The notes under the pieces were generated by a model, which saw only the letters and a list, made by a program, of their open reading frames with translations, had not been told where the DNA came from and did no database searches. Below, in pieces: positions 15,517-25,094 of a stretch of DNA of 38,859 nt. Where the stretch lies: NCBI GenBank assembly GCA_947626175.1, contig CANQRE010000002.1, positions 1 to 38,859 on the forward strand, given 5' to 3'. Source of the DNA: an uncultured Clostridia bacterium. GTDB taxonomy: Bacteria; Bacillota; Clostridia; Christensenellales; UBA1242. Positions within the stretch are counted from its first letter, which is position 1. Every line of letters begins with the position of its first letter. The position numbers were made by a program, and so were the translations under genes.

Positions 15517-15547
15517 AAAAAAGCACCGATTTCGGTGCGTTTTTTTT
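15515..15547. terminator. bidirectional rho-independent terminator between convergent genes
   Basis: The sequence is AAAAAAAA-GCACCGA-TT-TCGGTGC-G-TTTTTTTT. Confidence 0.8.
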
Positions 15548-16664
15548 AATAAACTTTTTCTCGCCTGATTGAAACCACAATCACAACTGCCACAACAATG
15601 GCTGCTGCCAAAGCGGCTGCAACAACAATCCAAATAATGCTTTGTGTTGACAAGCCTTTAACTGTTGAAACTGAATCGCTGTCGGAAGTTATATAAACTG
15701 TTGTGCCATCGTCTTGGAAAATTGTGCAGGTCACTGTCCAAGTTCCTTCATAAGGTGGGTCAAAACGGAAGGTTGGGCCATTTCGATCAATTGATTCGGT
15801 TGAATAAATTGCGTTCAAATCTTCTTGATCTCCAATGTCGCCTTGTGAAAGCACAAAGTCACGCCCGTCTTTTGCTTTTCCTTTCACCGACCAACGAATT
15901 TGATATGCAGGAACATATTGATATGATTGGTCAACTGAAAAGATGTAAGCATTGTTAAGTCCTTGATCACTTGATGTTTTTTGAACTGAAATATCTGGCT
16001 TTGACAAAGTTGTCACATTTTTTGGAGTTATTTCAAACAGTTCGCTGTAAAAATTTGTGTTGCCAATTTTCAAGTTGAACATGTAAAGTCCCCAGCCTTC
16101 GGTGTATTTTTCGCCCAATATGTTTTTGGCATTAAAATTTAAACCAGATTGAACGGTGTTGTCCACAAAAAGCTGAACGGATGAAGGCACATCTTGAGCA
16201 CTTGAGCATTTTCCTGAACGGATTGTTTGTTCAGTCACAGCTTCATCGCTCCATAGCAAGTTTGCTTGTCCCGACGGCGAAACTCTGTTTGGTGCCCAAG
16301 AAACGGTGTAGGTGTAAGTTGTTTCTTCGTTGAAAATTGATTGGTCAATTTCGCTTGCATTAAATGAAACAACAAATTTCTTAAGTTCGCTCCATTCAAA
16401 TGATTTGCGAGGATAATTTTCTTTGTTGTTTTCCGCTTCGCCTGGCACGATAAGTGTTACAGGGTCTGAATTGGTTGCAGCCATTGCAGCCCCTTCGGCG
16501 TTGAAAGCTTCAACAGTCATAGAAGAGGATCTTTCAACATTTTGTAAAAGTATTTCAGCTTTTGCGGTGTTAACTGAAGGCATAGCCAGCCCAAGACCGC
16601 AGCCAAAGGTTGCCAAAAACGCCAAAGCCGAAATTCCACATAAAATTTTTGTTTGTTTTTTCAT
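15546..16664 (-). CDS. type-I membrane/surface protein of unknown function
   Basis: Start at ATG 16664 behind GGAGA. It has a signal peptide (MKKQTKILCGISALAFLATFGCGLGLAMP), a C-terminal TM segment (IIWIVVAAALAAAIVVAVVIVVSI) and a short basic tail. Confidence 0.7.
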   Translation of the reverse strand: MKKQTKILCGISALAFLATFGCGLGLAMPSVNTAKAEILLQNVERSSSMTVEAFNAEGAAMAATNSDPVTLIVPGEAENNKENYPRKSFEWSELKKFVVSFNASEIDQSIFNEETTYTYTVSWAPNRVSPSGQANLLWSDEAVTEQTIRSGKCSSAQDVPSSVQLFVDNTVQSGLNFNAKNILGEKYTEGWGLYMFNLKIGNTNFYSELFEITPKNVTTLSKPDISVQKTSSDQGLNNAYIFSVDQSYQYVPAYQIRWSVKGKAKDGRDFVLSQGDIGDQEDLNAIYSTESIDRNGPTFRFDPPYEGTWTVTCTIFQDDGTTVYITSDSDSVSTVKGLSTQSIIWIVVAAALAAAIVVAVVIVVSIRREKVY

Positions 16665-16753
16665 ATCATTTCTCCATACACGATTATAGTATATCATACT
16701 TTTTCGCGTTTACAAAAAGGTTTTTAACATTTTTTTAAAAAATAATAAATGGT

Positions 16754-16782
16754 TTGACTTTAAAGTTTTTTGAAATTATAAT
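16754..16782 (+). promoter_or_regulatory. consensus sigma-A promoter (TTGACT - 17 - TATAAT) for the glmU-like/pth/mfd unit
   Basis: The hexamers lie at 16754-16759 and 16777-16782, about 95 nt upstream of the ATG at 16878, which has an AAGGAGA SD. Confidence 0.6.
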
Positions 16783-16877
16783 ATTTTATGTGCAAGGGCA
16801 GCGGCCCACAAAAAAGCAAAAATAAACCGTCAAAAGCCTAAAAGTTTGACAAAAAAATATAAATCAAGGAGAAAAAT

Positions 16878-17618
16878 ATGATTGACGAAATGATGTTAAC
16901 TGAAACGGTGGTGATTGAAAAGCCAATTGTTTCACCAAAAAATTATGATTGGGTGCAAGACGAAGCCATGGCAATCATTGTTAAGTCCGAAATGTTCGAT
17001 TTTGATCTTTGCGGCAAAAGCATGCTTGATTGGCTTAAACTCGCATGCGTGAGAATGCTTACAAAAGTGATTGAGCCTTGCAGTGATGAAGAACTTGTGT
17101 CAATCATCAAAAAAGAAGCGGTTGGCAAAAAAATAGTTGTTGTGCTGTATAGCGATACTCCTTTGCTTGAACAAGAAACAATTTTGAAAGCACTTGATTA
17201 TTTTTCATCAAAGGACATCAACGTGCTTGCCTTGGCAAGGGGATATATAATCAAGGTTGACTATTTAAACACAGTTAATGAAATTTTTTCACCAGCCAGA
17301 AAATATTTTTCTCCTGAACAATTTTTGATTGTTTCAAGTCCTTTGTCAATAAGCAAAGCCACCGATGTTTTGTGGCAACGCATAAGAAAATATCACATGG
17401 AAAATGGAGTTATCTTAAAGGGCGAAAACACAATTTTTATTGATGCCGATGTTCAAATTGAAAGCGGAGTTGTGATTGAGCCAAACAATGTTATTGTTGG
17501 CCAAAGCGTGATTGAACAAGGCGTTTGGCTTAAGAGCGGAAATTACATTGAAAATTCACTCATCAAAGCAAACAGCATTTTGCAAGGCGAAAATATTGTG
17601 GAAGGAAAATCAAAATGA
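16878..17618 (+). CDS. truncated/degenerate GlmU-like protein (nucleotidyltransferase-like fold plus a short left-handed beta-helix)
   Basis: 246 aa. It aligns by eye to GlmU landmarks (VVVLYSDTPLLEQETILKAL ~ ..GDTPLI..ET...L; MENGVILKGENTIFIDADVQIESGVVIEPNNVI ~ hexapeptide start). It lacks the LxxGxGTRM loop and the C-terminal ~200 aa. It occupies the syntenic glmU position upstream of pth-mfd. Confidence 0.6.
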   Translation: MIDEMMLTETVVIEKPIVSPKNYDWVQDEAMAIIVKSEMFDFDLCGKSMLDWLKLACVRMLTKVIEPCSDEELVSIIKKEAVGKKIVVVLYSDTPLLEQETILKALDYFSSKDINVLALARGYIIKVDYLNTVNEIFSPARKYFSPEQFLIVSSPLSISKATDVLWQRIRKYHMENGVILKGENTIFIDADVQIESGVVIEPNNVIVGQSVIEQGVWLKSGNYIENSLIKANSILQGENIVEGKSK

Positions 17619-18118
17619 AAATAATTGTCGGGCTTGGAAACCCAATCAATCAATACAAAAACACAGGACATAACATTGGCTTTGAAGTTGTGGACAATCT
17701 TGCAAAAAAACTGGACATTCCACTAACAAAAAAAGGCTTTAAGTCAATTTATGGCCAAGCAAAAGTTGGCAATGAGCTTGTCATGCTCGTCAAACCGCAA
17801 ACATACATGAATTTGTCTGGCGAAGCAGTGATTTTGCTCAAAAAAAAGTTTAAGGATGCCAAACTTTTGGTCGTTGTTGACGATATTGACATTGACCGCG
17901 GCACTGTTCGATATCGCGAGCGTGGAAGCGGCGGAACTCACAACGGCCTAAGAAACATTGTTTCGCTCATTGGCGAAGATTTTGAAAGATTGAAAATCGG
18001 AATTGGAAAACCTGAAGGTGAACTAAGAAGCTTTGTTGTTGAACACAAACTTGATCAAGAATTTCAAACAAAACTTGTTGAAAGTGCAATTGAAAAAATA
18101 AGCGAGTGGCTGAATTGA
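17615..18118 (+). CDS. pth: peptidyl-tRNA hydrolase
   Basis: 167 aa. The N-terminus MKIIVGLGNPINQYKNTGHNIGFEVVD and the later THNGLRNI are canonical Pth motifs. The ATGA overlaps the upstream stop. Confidence 0.95.
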   Translation: MKIIVGLGNPINQYKNTGHNIGFEVVDNLAKKLDIPLTKKGFKSIYGQAKVGNELVMLVKPQTYMNLSGEAVILLKKKFKDAKLLVVVDDIDIDRGTVRYRERGSGGTHNGLRNIVSLIGEDFERLKIGIGKPEGELRSFVVEHKLDQEFQTKLVESAIEKISEWLN

Positions 18119-21100
18119 AAAAAATTTTTGACCTAATTGCTCAGTCGGGCATTTGTGAAAAAAAAGTTATAAGCGGAGTAAAGGAAGGTGAAAAATCGCT
18201 CATCATTGCGTCAAAAAAGAGGGGCGTTGTTTTGTCAAGCGATTTTGTTCAGGCAGTCAAGTTAAAACGAAACTTAAATTCGCTTGGCTTTTCTTGTGAA
18301 GTGCTAAGTTCTGGCCGCGAAGTTGGAGCAAGGGAAGATGATGAAAATCTCACTTCCTTTGCAGCAATGACAAGTGCGTTTTTGCAAGGCGAAATTGATT
18401 TTTTAATTTTTTTGCCAAATGCAATAATTTCAAAATTTGATTTGCAGTTTTTGCAAAAGCCATTAATTCTTGAAAAAGGAAAAACAATTCCGCCACAAGA
18501 GCTTTCTTTGGCTCTTTCAAAAATGGGATATGAGCGGGTGAGCCTTGTTTCAAGTGAAGGTGAGTTTGCCCTAAGAGGGGATATTTTGGACATATTTCCC
18601 TTGTCAAAAGAGCTTCCAGTTCGATGTGATTTTTTTGATGAAGAAATTGAAAATTTGAGTTATTTTAACCCAAATGACATGAAAAATGTTGAAAAAATTG
18701 AAAAAATTTGCATTTTTCCGCGAATTTTGCCAAAAGGCAACAACAATGTCACCGACCTAAGTGAAAATATTTTTGTTGATCAGCAGGAGCGCATTGAAGG
18801 CCAAATTGAATTGCTGTTTAAAAGTTACAGGGTGATGACGGGATTTGATCAAAACGATTTTGCCTCTTTTGAAGAATTAAAAAAAGGTCAAAGTTTTGTC
18901 ATCGGCGGCGGTGAAGATGTTGGGTCAGGTGCAGAGATAAATTATGTTCACAATTTTGTGGAACTTGGCGAAGATTTGAAAATTTTTGATTCGCATTCAA
19001 AAAGAATGGTGCTTTTTGCGGGAGATGAACAATCCAAAAATCGAATTAAAAACTTTTTGCTGGGAAAAGATATTTCATTTTATGACTATGAGCAGTCATC
19101 TTTTTCAGCTTGCGGAATTTATGTGAGCGAAAAATATTTTCCAAGCTCATTTTCTTTTCCAAAACTTATGCTTTATGCAATAGGCTCGGACAATTTGACA
19201 AGGCAAAAGCCAAGCATTGCAAGAAGGGCAAAAAAAGATGCGTTTTATGCCCCAAAAGTTGGCGAATTTGTTGTGCATGATTTTCATGGCATAGGCAAAT
19301 GTGTTGGCGTGCAGCGCATGAAGCTTGCCGGTTTTGAAAAAGACTATTTTGTCATTGAATATCGCGGCGGGGGGATGCTGTATCTTCCAAGCGAGCAAGC
19401 AAATTCACTTTCAGCCTATGTTGGCGAAGGCGAGCCAAAAATGAATGCCCTTGGCGGGAGAGAGTTTGAGCAGCTAAAAGCCAAAGTCAAGGAAAAGCTT
19501 GAAGGTTTTGCCCTTGAACTTATGAAGGAATACAAGGCAAGGCAAGATGCAAAGGGATTCAAGTTCAAAAGCGAAGAATTTTTGGAAAATGCTTTTGCAA
19601 GCAAATTTGAATTTGAGGAAACTTTTGATCAGATTGTTGCCATAAAGGAAGTGTTGTCTGACATGCAACAAGGCAAAGTGATGGACAGATTGCTTTGCGG
19701 AGATGTTGGATTTGGCAAAACCGAAGTTGCTTACAGGGCAGCGTTTAGGGCAATCATAAATCAAAAGCAAGTGGCATTTTTGTGCCCAACAACAATTCTA
19801 AGCGAGCAGCATGCCCTAAGTGCAAAAAAGAGAATGCAAGATTTTGGCGTGAAAATTGAACTTTTGAACAGATTTAAAAAGCCAAATGAAGTTAAGGACA
19901 TTTTGGAAAAAATAAAAAAGGGCGAAGTTGACCTTGTCATTGGCACGCACAAACTTCTTTCCAAAAATGTTGTGTTCAAAGATTTGGGACTTTTGATTGT
20001 TGACGAAGAACAGCGTTTTGGCGTGGCAGACAAAGAAAAAATCAAATCGATAAAAAACAATGTGGATGTTTTGTCGCTTTCGGCAACTCCAATTCCGCGA
20101 ACGCTCCACATGTCGCTTTCAGGCATAAGGGACATTTCTGTTTTAACAACTCCGCCAAAGGAAAGATTGCCAATTCAAACCTATGTCACAAATGAAGATG
20201 ATGAAGTTGTTGCATCCGTGATAAAGCGAGAGCTTGCAAGAAATGGCAAAGTTTTTGTGATATACAACCGAGTTCAAACAATTGACAAAGTCGCTTCGCA
20301 TATCAGGCATTTAGTGCCAGCTGCAAAAGTGGGTGTGGCTCATGGGCAAATGGCGGAAAGAGAACTTCAAAACGTTATAACCAAACTTTTCAAAAATGAA
20401 TATGACGTGTTTGTTTCAACTACTCTTATCGAAAATGGCATAGATCTTCCATCCGCCAACACAATGATAATTTATGACGCTGACAATTTGGGGCTTGGCC
20501 AGTTATATCAACTTCGTGGAAGAATTGGCAGAAGCGACAAGCTTAGCTATGCCTATCTCCTGTTCAAGGATGGAAAACTTTTAACAAATCAGGCTTACAA
20601 ACGCCTTGAAGCAATTCAAGAGTTCAAAGAGCTGGGAAGCGGATTTAAAATTTCAATGCGAGACCTTGAATTGCGTGGGGCAGGAAATGTTTTTGGAAAG
20701 GAACAGCATGGGCATATCGAAAAGGTTGGATATGACATGTATGTCAAACTTTTAAACGAAACAATTGGCAAACTTCAAGGCAAACAATCAAAACTTTCAA
20801 AGCCAGTTAAAATTGATCTTCCTGTTGACGCGTTTATTCCTGAAGATTACATTTCAGACGAAGATGACAGAATTTCTTATTATGTCAAAGTCAGCCAGTG
20901 CGACAGTTTTGCTTCTATGCAAGAACTTTTGTCAACTTTTGCTGAAGGCTTTGGCACTGCACCACAAAGCATTGTGAATCTTGTCAAAATTGCTGTGATC
21001 AAAAACTTGGCAGGCGAATTTGACATAAAAACAGTAAAGCTTGAAGGCGGAGTGATTGTGCTTGAGCTTTACAAATTGGAAAATGTGATCGATGAAAGGC

Positions 21101-21255
21101 TTGTTGGAGTTTTGGGAAAATATAATGCAAGTTTAAAATTTGAAAACTCGCCAATAATCAGAATTGCAAAGGACGGCGCTTTGGCAAAAATGCTGGACAA
21201 AATTATTGCAATGCTTGAAGAAGCAAAAAATGAAAAAGTTGAAAAAAAGGTTTAA
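18106..21255 (+). CDS. mfd: transcription-repair coupling factor Mfd
   Basis: 1049 aa. It has an RNAP-interaction/CarD-like segment (GEFVVHDFHGIGKCVG), an SF2 translocase (LLCGDVGFGKTEVA, DEEQRFGV, TATPIPRTL, QLRGRIGRS) and the TRG motif region. The GTG start overlaps the pth end. It is about 100 aa shorter than the Bacillus protein, mostly at the N-terminus. Confidence 0.95.
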   Translation: MAELKKIFDLIAQSGICEKKVISGVKEGEKSLIIASKKRGVVLSSDFVQAVKLKRNLNSLGFSCEVLSSGREVGAREDDENLTSFAAMTSAFLQGEIDFLIFLPNAIISKFDLQFLQKPLILEKGKTIPPQELSLALSKMGYERVSLVSSEGEFALRGDILDIFPLSKELPVRCDFFDEEIENLSYFNPNDMKNVEKIEKICIFPRILPKGNNNVTDLSENIFVDQQERIEGQIELLFKSYRVMTGFDQNDFASFEELKKGQSFVIGGGEDVGSGAEINYVHNFVELGEDLKIFDSHSKRMVLFAGDEQSKNRIKNFLLGKDISFYDYEQSSFSACGIYVSEKYFPSSFSFPKLMLYAIGSDNLTRQKPSIARRAKKDAFYAPKVGEFVVHDFHGIGKCVGVQRMKLAGFEKDYFVIEYRGGGMLYLPSEQANSLSAYVGEGEPKMNALGGREFEQLKAKVKEKLEGFALELMKEYKARQDAKGFKFKSEEFLENAFASKFEFEETFDQIVAIKEVLSDMQQGKVMDRLLCGDVGFGKTEVAYRAAFRAIINQKQVAFLCPTTILSEQHALSAKKRMQDFGVKIELLNRFKKPNEVKDILEKIKKGEVDLVIGTHKLLSKNVVFKDLGLLIVDEEQRFGVADKEKIKSIKNNVDVLSLSATPIPRTLHMSLSGIRDISVLTTPPKERLPIQTYVTNEDDEVVASVIKRELARNGKVFVIYNRVQTIDKVASHIRHLVPAAKVGVAHGQMAERELQNVITKLFKNEYDVFVSTTLIENGIDLPSANTMIIYDADNLGLGQLYQLRGRIGRSDKLSYAYLLFKDGKLLTNQAYKRLEAIQEFKELGSGFKISMRDLELRGAGNVFGKEQHGHIEKVGYDMYVKLLNETIGKLQGKQSKLSKPVKIDLPVDAFIPEDYISDEDDRISYYVKVSQCDSFASMQELLSTFAEGFGTAPQSIVNLVKIAVIKNLAGEFDIKTVKLEGGVIVLELYKLENVIDERLVGVLGKYNASLKFENSPIIRIAKDGALAKMLDKIIAMLEEAKNEKVEKKV

Positions 21256-21319
21256 TTTGCTTGAAAAAGTTGTTTAATTATTATATACTAATAAGGACTA
21301 TTTTAAAAGGGCTTTAAGA

Positions 21320-23146
21320 ATGCACAAATCTCGAACAAGCAAAATCATCACTTCGCTCACATTATCTCTAATGTTAGGGGTTTCTCTTTTTGCGGGCTGC
21401 AACATTGTTAGCAGAAATATGGATAGATATTACAACGCAGTTGTGGCATCATACACCTATGAAAATGGCGAAAAGGTTACAATCAACAAAAGAGAACTTA
21501 TAACATCCTTCAATAGTTTTGGCTATCAATATGTTCAAAGTTATGGAATGAGCGAAAAAGATGCTTACAAGGAAACAATCAAGCGAATTGTTGACAAAAA
21601 ACTCACAATAAGGGAAGAAGAAAACGCTTGCAAGCAAGAAAACGGCGGACAAATTTTGCTGGCAAAGGAAAAAACATATCTTTGGGAACAAACCTATGAT
21701 GCCATCAAAACAAACATTGAGCAATATTATAACGACCTAAATCACATCACAAATCCTGACAGTGAAGACTCGTCAGATGGGGCTGTGAGCCAAACAATTT
21801 TCACTCCAAATGCAATTCTTGTTCCACAAACAATCACCAATCCGTATGGCGACAGTGAAGTGGTTTACACAATTCAAGTTGAAAACAAAATTGAAAATGA
21901 GGTTGAAAAATACATTCCTTGGAACGGAAGCGACAGGGATATTGAAACTGAAAACGACCTTAATGCACTTTACAATCAAATGACAAAGTTTGTTGAAGAC
22001 AATTCTCAATACACATCTGCCTTAAACAAATATTTCAGTGATGCAAAAAAATCTGAGGAAGGGCTCAAACTTGCTTCCGACAAAGAAGCTGTGTTCAAAA
22101 GGGAAATAAAGCGAATATACACTTCAATTTATGAATCCTTTATGGTCACAAAATATTCGCAAGCTCATCAATATTCCAACTCATCTGTAACACTTTCCAA
22201 CCTTCAAGATTTGTATCAAAGCAAAGTTGTGAACGACTATAACAAATATATGGTTGAACAAGCTTCAGGCTATGACGATGCGGTGCTTTCAAATGTTGCA
22301 AGTGTAAATTATATCAAGCCTGACTCAGTTGGAACGCAATATTTTTATGTGTCACACATTCTTGCAAAGTTTTCGGATGAAGACCAGGCAAAATACAATG
22401 AATATATGAAAGTTGTAAATGGCGAAAGCAAGCGTTACACGGTTGGCCAAGCAAAACAACTTATTGAGCAGCTTTACACAAATTTAACTTTCCCAGTAAG
22501 AGAAAAAGTTGAAAATGAAGATGGCACTGTTGAATGGAAGGAAACAGGAAAAACAAAGCCAGTTTCCGCTGTGATGGCTGAGCTTAAGGCATCACTTGAA
22601 ACAGCTGGTGACAATCAGTATAAAAAAGCCGAAATCTTTAATGACTTTATTTATAAATACAATCAAGATGACGGAATGTTTAACGCTGAAAGAAATTATG
22701 TGATTGGCATTGACTATCACACACCTGATGAAGAAAACAATTTGCCATACACGATCAGATCAAACATGGTTGAGCCTTTCACAAACGCAGCAATCAAACT
22801 TTACGATGACAACAAAGCAAAAATTGGCGACATATATTCAGATGTTGAAGATGACGGTCTTATCCGAACAGAATATGGAATCCACATCATGATGTATGAA
22901 GGGCGTGTGAAAAACCTGTTTGAAGGCATTGGATCATCGTTTGAACTAAGAGGTCAGGAAATTGGCCGTTTGGCATCAAATGAAGCAAGGCTTAAAGCTG
23001 GCGAAAGCAAAACAATTTTTGACAGTTTGTTTGATGAAATCAACAAAGATAATTCTTCTGTTTTTGAAAACATGAACCTTGAGTTCTTAAGATCAAAAAT
23101 AAAGTTAACTTTCTATCCTGATGAGTATAAAGATTTATATGAGTAA
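21320..23146 (+). CDS. PrsA/SurA-like lipoprotein with a parvulin-type PPIase domain
   Basis: 608 aa with a lipobox (SLFAGC). The parvulin landmarks are FYVSHILAKF and EYGIHIMMYEG. The position after mfd is typical for Clostridia. Confidence 0.7.
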   Translation: MHKSRTSKIITSLTLSLMLGVSLFAGCNIVSRNMDRYYNAVVASYTYENGEKVTINKRELITSFNSFGYQYVQSYGMSEKDAYKETIKRIVDKKLTIREEENACKQENGGQILLAKEKTYLWEQTYDAIKTNIEQYYNDLNHITNPDSEDSSDGAVSQTIFTPNAILVPQTITNPYGDSEVVYTIQVENKIENEVEKYIPWNGSDRDIETENDLNALYNQMTKFVEDNSQYTSALNKYFSDAKKSEEGLKLASDKEAVFKREIKRIYTSIYESFMVTKYSQAHQYSNSSVTLSNLQDLYQSKVVNDYNKYMVEQASGYDDAVLSNVASVNYIKPDSVGTQYFYVSHILAKFSDEDQAKYNEYMKVVNGESKRYTVGQAKQLIEQLYTNLTFPVREKVENEDGTVEWKETGKTKPVSAVMAELKASLETAGDNQYKKAEIFNDFIYKYNQDDGMFNAERNYVIGIDYHTPDEENNLPYTIRSNMVEPFTNAAIKLYDDNKAKIGDIYSDVEDDGLIRTEYGIHIMMYEGRVKNLFEGIGSSFELRGQEIGRLASNEARLKAGESKTIFDSLFDEINKDNSSVFENMNLEFLRSKIKLTFYPDEYKDLYE

Positions 23147-23157
23147 AATAATATATG

Positions 23158-23193
23158 CAAGCTCTTGTTTAATTGACAAGAGCTTGTTTTTTT
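23158..23193 (+). terminator. rho-independent terminator of the PrsA-like gene
   Basis: An 11-bp perfect stem CAAGCTCTTGT/ACAAGAGCTTG is followed by TTTTTTT. Confidence 0.8.
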
Positions 23194-23201
23194 GTTAAAA
23201 T
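23173..23201 (+). promoter_or_regulatory. consensus promoter (TTGACA - 17 - TGtTAAAAT) embedded in the terminator hairpin
   Basis: TTGACA lies at 23173-23178 (loop and descending arm of the hairpin), TG at 23193-23194, TAAAAT at 23196-23201. The ATG at 23210 is 8 nt downstream. Confidence 0.5.
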
Positions 23202-23209
23202 TTATGAAC

Positions 23210-24496
23210 ATGAAAAAAAATGCGGAGAAAAATTTAAACGAAAACAAAGAGCCTTCTGGCTCAAATTTTTCTCAGCTTGAAATCGAAATCCCTGTGATTT
23301 CGCAAGAAGAAAAGGCAAAACTTGACGCTTCGCAACAAGCAGTTGCAAAACAAAAAGGAAAGCGAAAAAAGGTTTGGAACGCACTTTTGCTGGCGTTTAA
23401 CATTTGCGTTGTGGCTGGAATTTTGCTTTATCAAGTTTTTCAAAGTGAATTTGTGCCTCTCAGCGATTTGGACATAAACATTGGCTATATTTTTGTTTGT
23501 GTTGCTGTTTTTTGCACATTGGTCTTTTTTGACACGCTTTCAATTTCATATTTAATCAAAAAAAGTTGCAAACATTCCAGATTTATTTTGTCATTCAAAA
23601 CAAACTTGTGTGGAAGATATTATGACGCTGTAACTCCATTGTCAACAGGCGGACAGCCATTTCAAGTGGCATATTTGATGAGCAGGGATGTGCCATCAAC
23701 AAAAGCACTTTCCATCCCAATTGCAAAGTTGTTTTTTCAGCAACTGACATGGTTTATCATTTCGCTTGTTTCACTTATAATTTCATTTGTGAATTATTCT
23801 TCATTCAGTTCATTTGTTAACATTTCGTCATACATTGGCTTTGTGCTTAGCTTTGCAGTGCTGTTTTTCACATTGTTTTTGTCAGTTAGCAAAAATGTTG
23901 GAAAAAAGCTTGTTGCCAAATCATTAAAGCTTTTGCAAAAGATGAAAATCGTCAAAAACTATGAAAAACAATATCAACGCGTAACGGCTTATGTTGAAGA
24001 TTATCAAAACATAATGCGTGAATATGTCAAAAGCAAAAAGGACTTTTTTGTGATGTTCTTTTGCATGGCAGCCAAAACGCTTTTAACATATTCGTTGCCA
24101 TTTTTCATTTATTGCGTGTTCAACGGCTTTGACGGCTCGCTGTATGGCAGTTTTCTTGTTATGGGTGTGCTTGTTGACCTTGCTTCCAGCTTTATTCCGT
24201 TGCCGGGCGGAACAGGTATGAATGAAGTTTCATTCAGCATGATGTTCCAGCCATATTTTGCACACGGACCACTTATTTGGGCGCTGCTTTTGTGGAGATT
24301 TTTCACATATTATGTGTATTTGATCCTTGGATTTGGAATGGTCACATATGACGTTGCTTATGGAAACAGAAAATATCGCTGGCTTAAAGTTGAAAGGCGT
24401 TTGCAACAGGAAAGCAAATCCTTCAAGGAAGAGCAAATTTCAACTTTCAGAAAGGCAAGGGAATATCGCCGCCGCCGCCAACTTAGGAAAAGCTGA
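23210..24496 (+). CDS. UPF0104 / lysylphosphatidylglycerol-synthase-TM-region family membrane protein
   Basis: About 428 aa, multi-TM, with the signature LPGGTGMNEVSF near the C-terminus. Alternative in-frame starts exist at 23204 (ATG) and 23192 (TTG), but they overlap the -10 box. Confidence 0.75.
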   Translation: MKKNAEKNLNENKEPSGSNFSQLEIEIPVISQEEKAKLDASQQAVAKQKGKRKKVWNALLLAFNICVVAGILLYQVFQSEFVPLSDLDINIGYIFVCVAVFCTLVFFDTLSISYLIKKSCKHSRFILSFKTNLCGRYYDAVTPLSTGGQPFQVAYLMSRDVPSTKALSIPIAKLFFQQLTWFIISLVSLIISFVNYSSFSSFVNISSYIGFVLSFAVLFFTLFLSVSKNVGKKLVAKSLKLLQKMKIVKNYEKQYQRVTAYVEDYQNIMREYVKSKKDFFVMFFCMAAKTLLTYSLPFFIYCVFNGFDGSLYGSFLVMGVLVDLASSFIPLPGGTGMNEVSFSMMFQPYFAHGPLIWALLLWRFFTYYVYLILGFGMVTYDVAYGNRKYRWLKVERRLQQESKSFKEEQISTFRKAREYRRRRQLRKS

Positions 24497-24532
24497 CAGA
24501 ATATAAAAGTCAAAATTGCAAACCATAAGGGC

Positions 24533-25066
24533 ATGAAAAAACTTTCAAAATCCACTTATGGTTTTATTTTTGCAATAATAGCACTTGTGATCTTGCTGGG
24601 AGTAACGCTTTATCTTGGAATTTCCGGTTGGTTTTATGCCAATGTCACAAAGCTTGAAAGCGATGTCACGCTTGGTCAAACGTTAAATTTAAACATCACC
24701 GAAACGGGTGCAAAAGTTGCAAGTTTCACATTTCCTGGCTCATTTTTGCCGGGACAAAAGCTTGATCAAAACATAAACATCACAAATTCTTCAGAAAATG
24801 ACATGTTTGTGCGGGCAAAAGCGGTTATTTTTGATTGCTCGGACCAAGATATGAATCTTGAGCTTGGCATAAGTGAGCATTGGACGGAAAACGGGGATTA
24901 TTTTTATTTTGACCAGCCACTTTTAAAGTCAAACAAAATTTCGCTTGCATCATATGTTCGCCTAAGACCTGACAAATATTACAATTCCACAAAAACGTAT
25001 GTATTCACGATTGTTGTCGAAGCAATTGACTCAAATTTGTCTAGAAGTGAAGTTTGGGGATATTAA
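24533..25066 (+). CDS. secreted or membrane-anchored protein; weak resemblance to SipW-type-signal TasA/camelysin-like proteins
   Basis: 177 aa with an N-terminal anchor ending LGISGWFYAN, then a beta-rich domain (LPGQKLDQNINITNSSENDMFVRAKAV). The family call is tentative. Confidence 0.55.
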   Translation: MKKLSKSTYGFIFAIIALVILLGVTLYLGISGWFYANVTKLESDVTLGQTLNLNITETGAKVASFTFPGSFLPGQKLDQNINITNSSENDMFVRAKAVIFDCSDQDMNLELGISEHWTENGDYFYFDQPLLKSNKISLASYVRLRPDKYYNSTKTYVFTIVVEAIDSNLSRSEVWGY

Positions 25067-25094
25067 ATGGCGCTTTTTTGTCAAAAACTAAAGC

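Noticed and set aside
18106-21255. Mfd being about 100 aa shorter than the Bacillus protein, as a sign of truncation or pseudogenisation
   Set aside because: All translocase, RNAP-interaction and C-terminal regions are intact in one frame. The shortening is confined to the N-terminal UvrB-homology part and is compatible with normal lineage variation.
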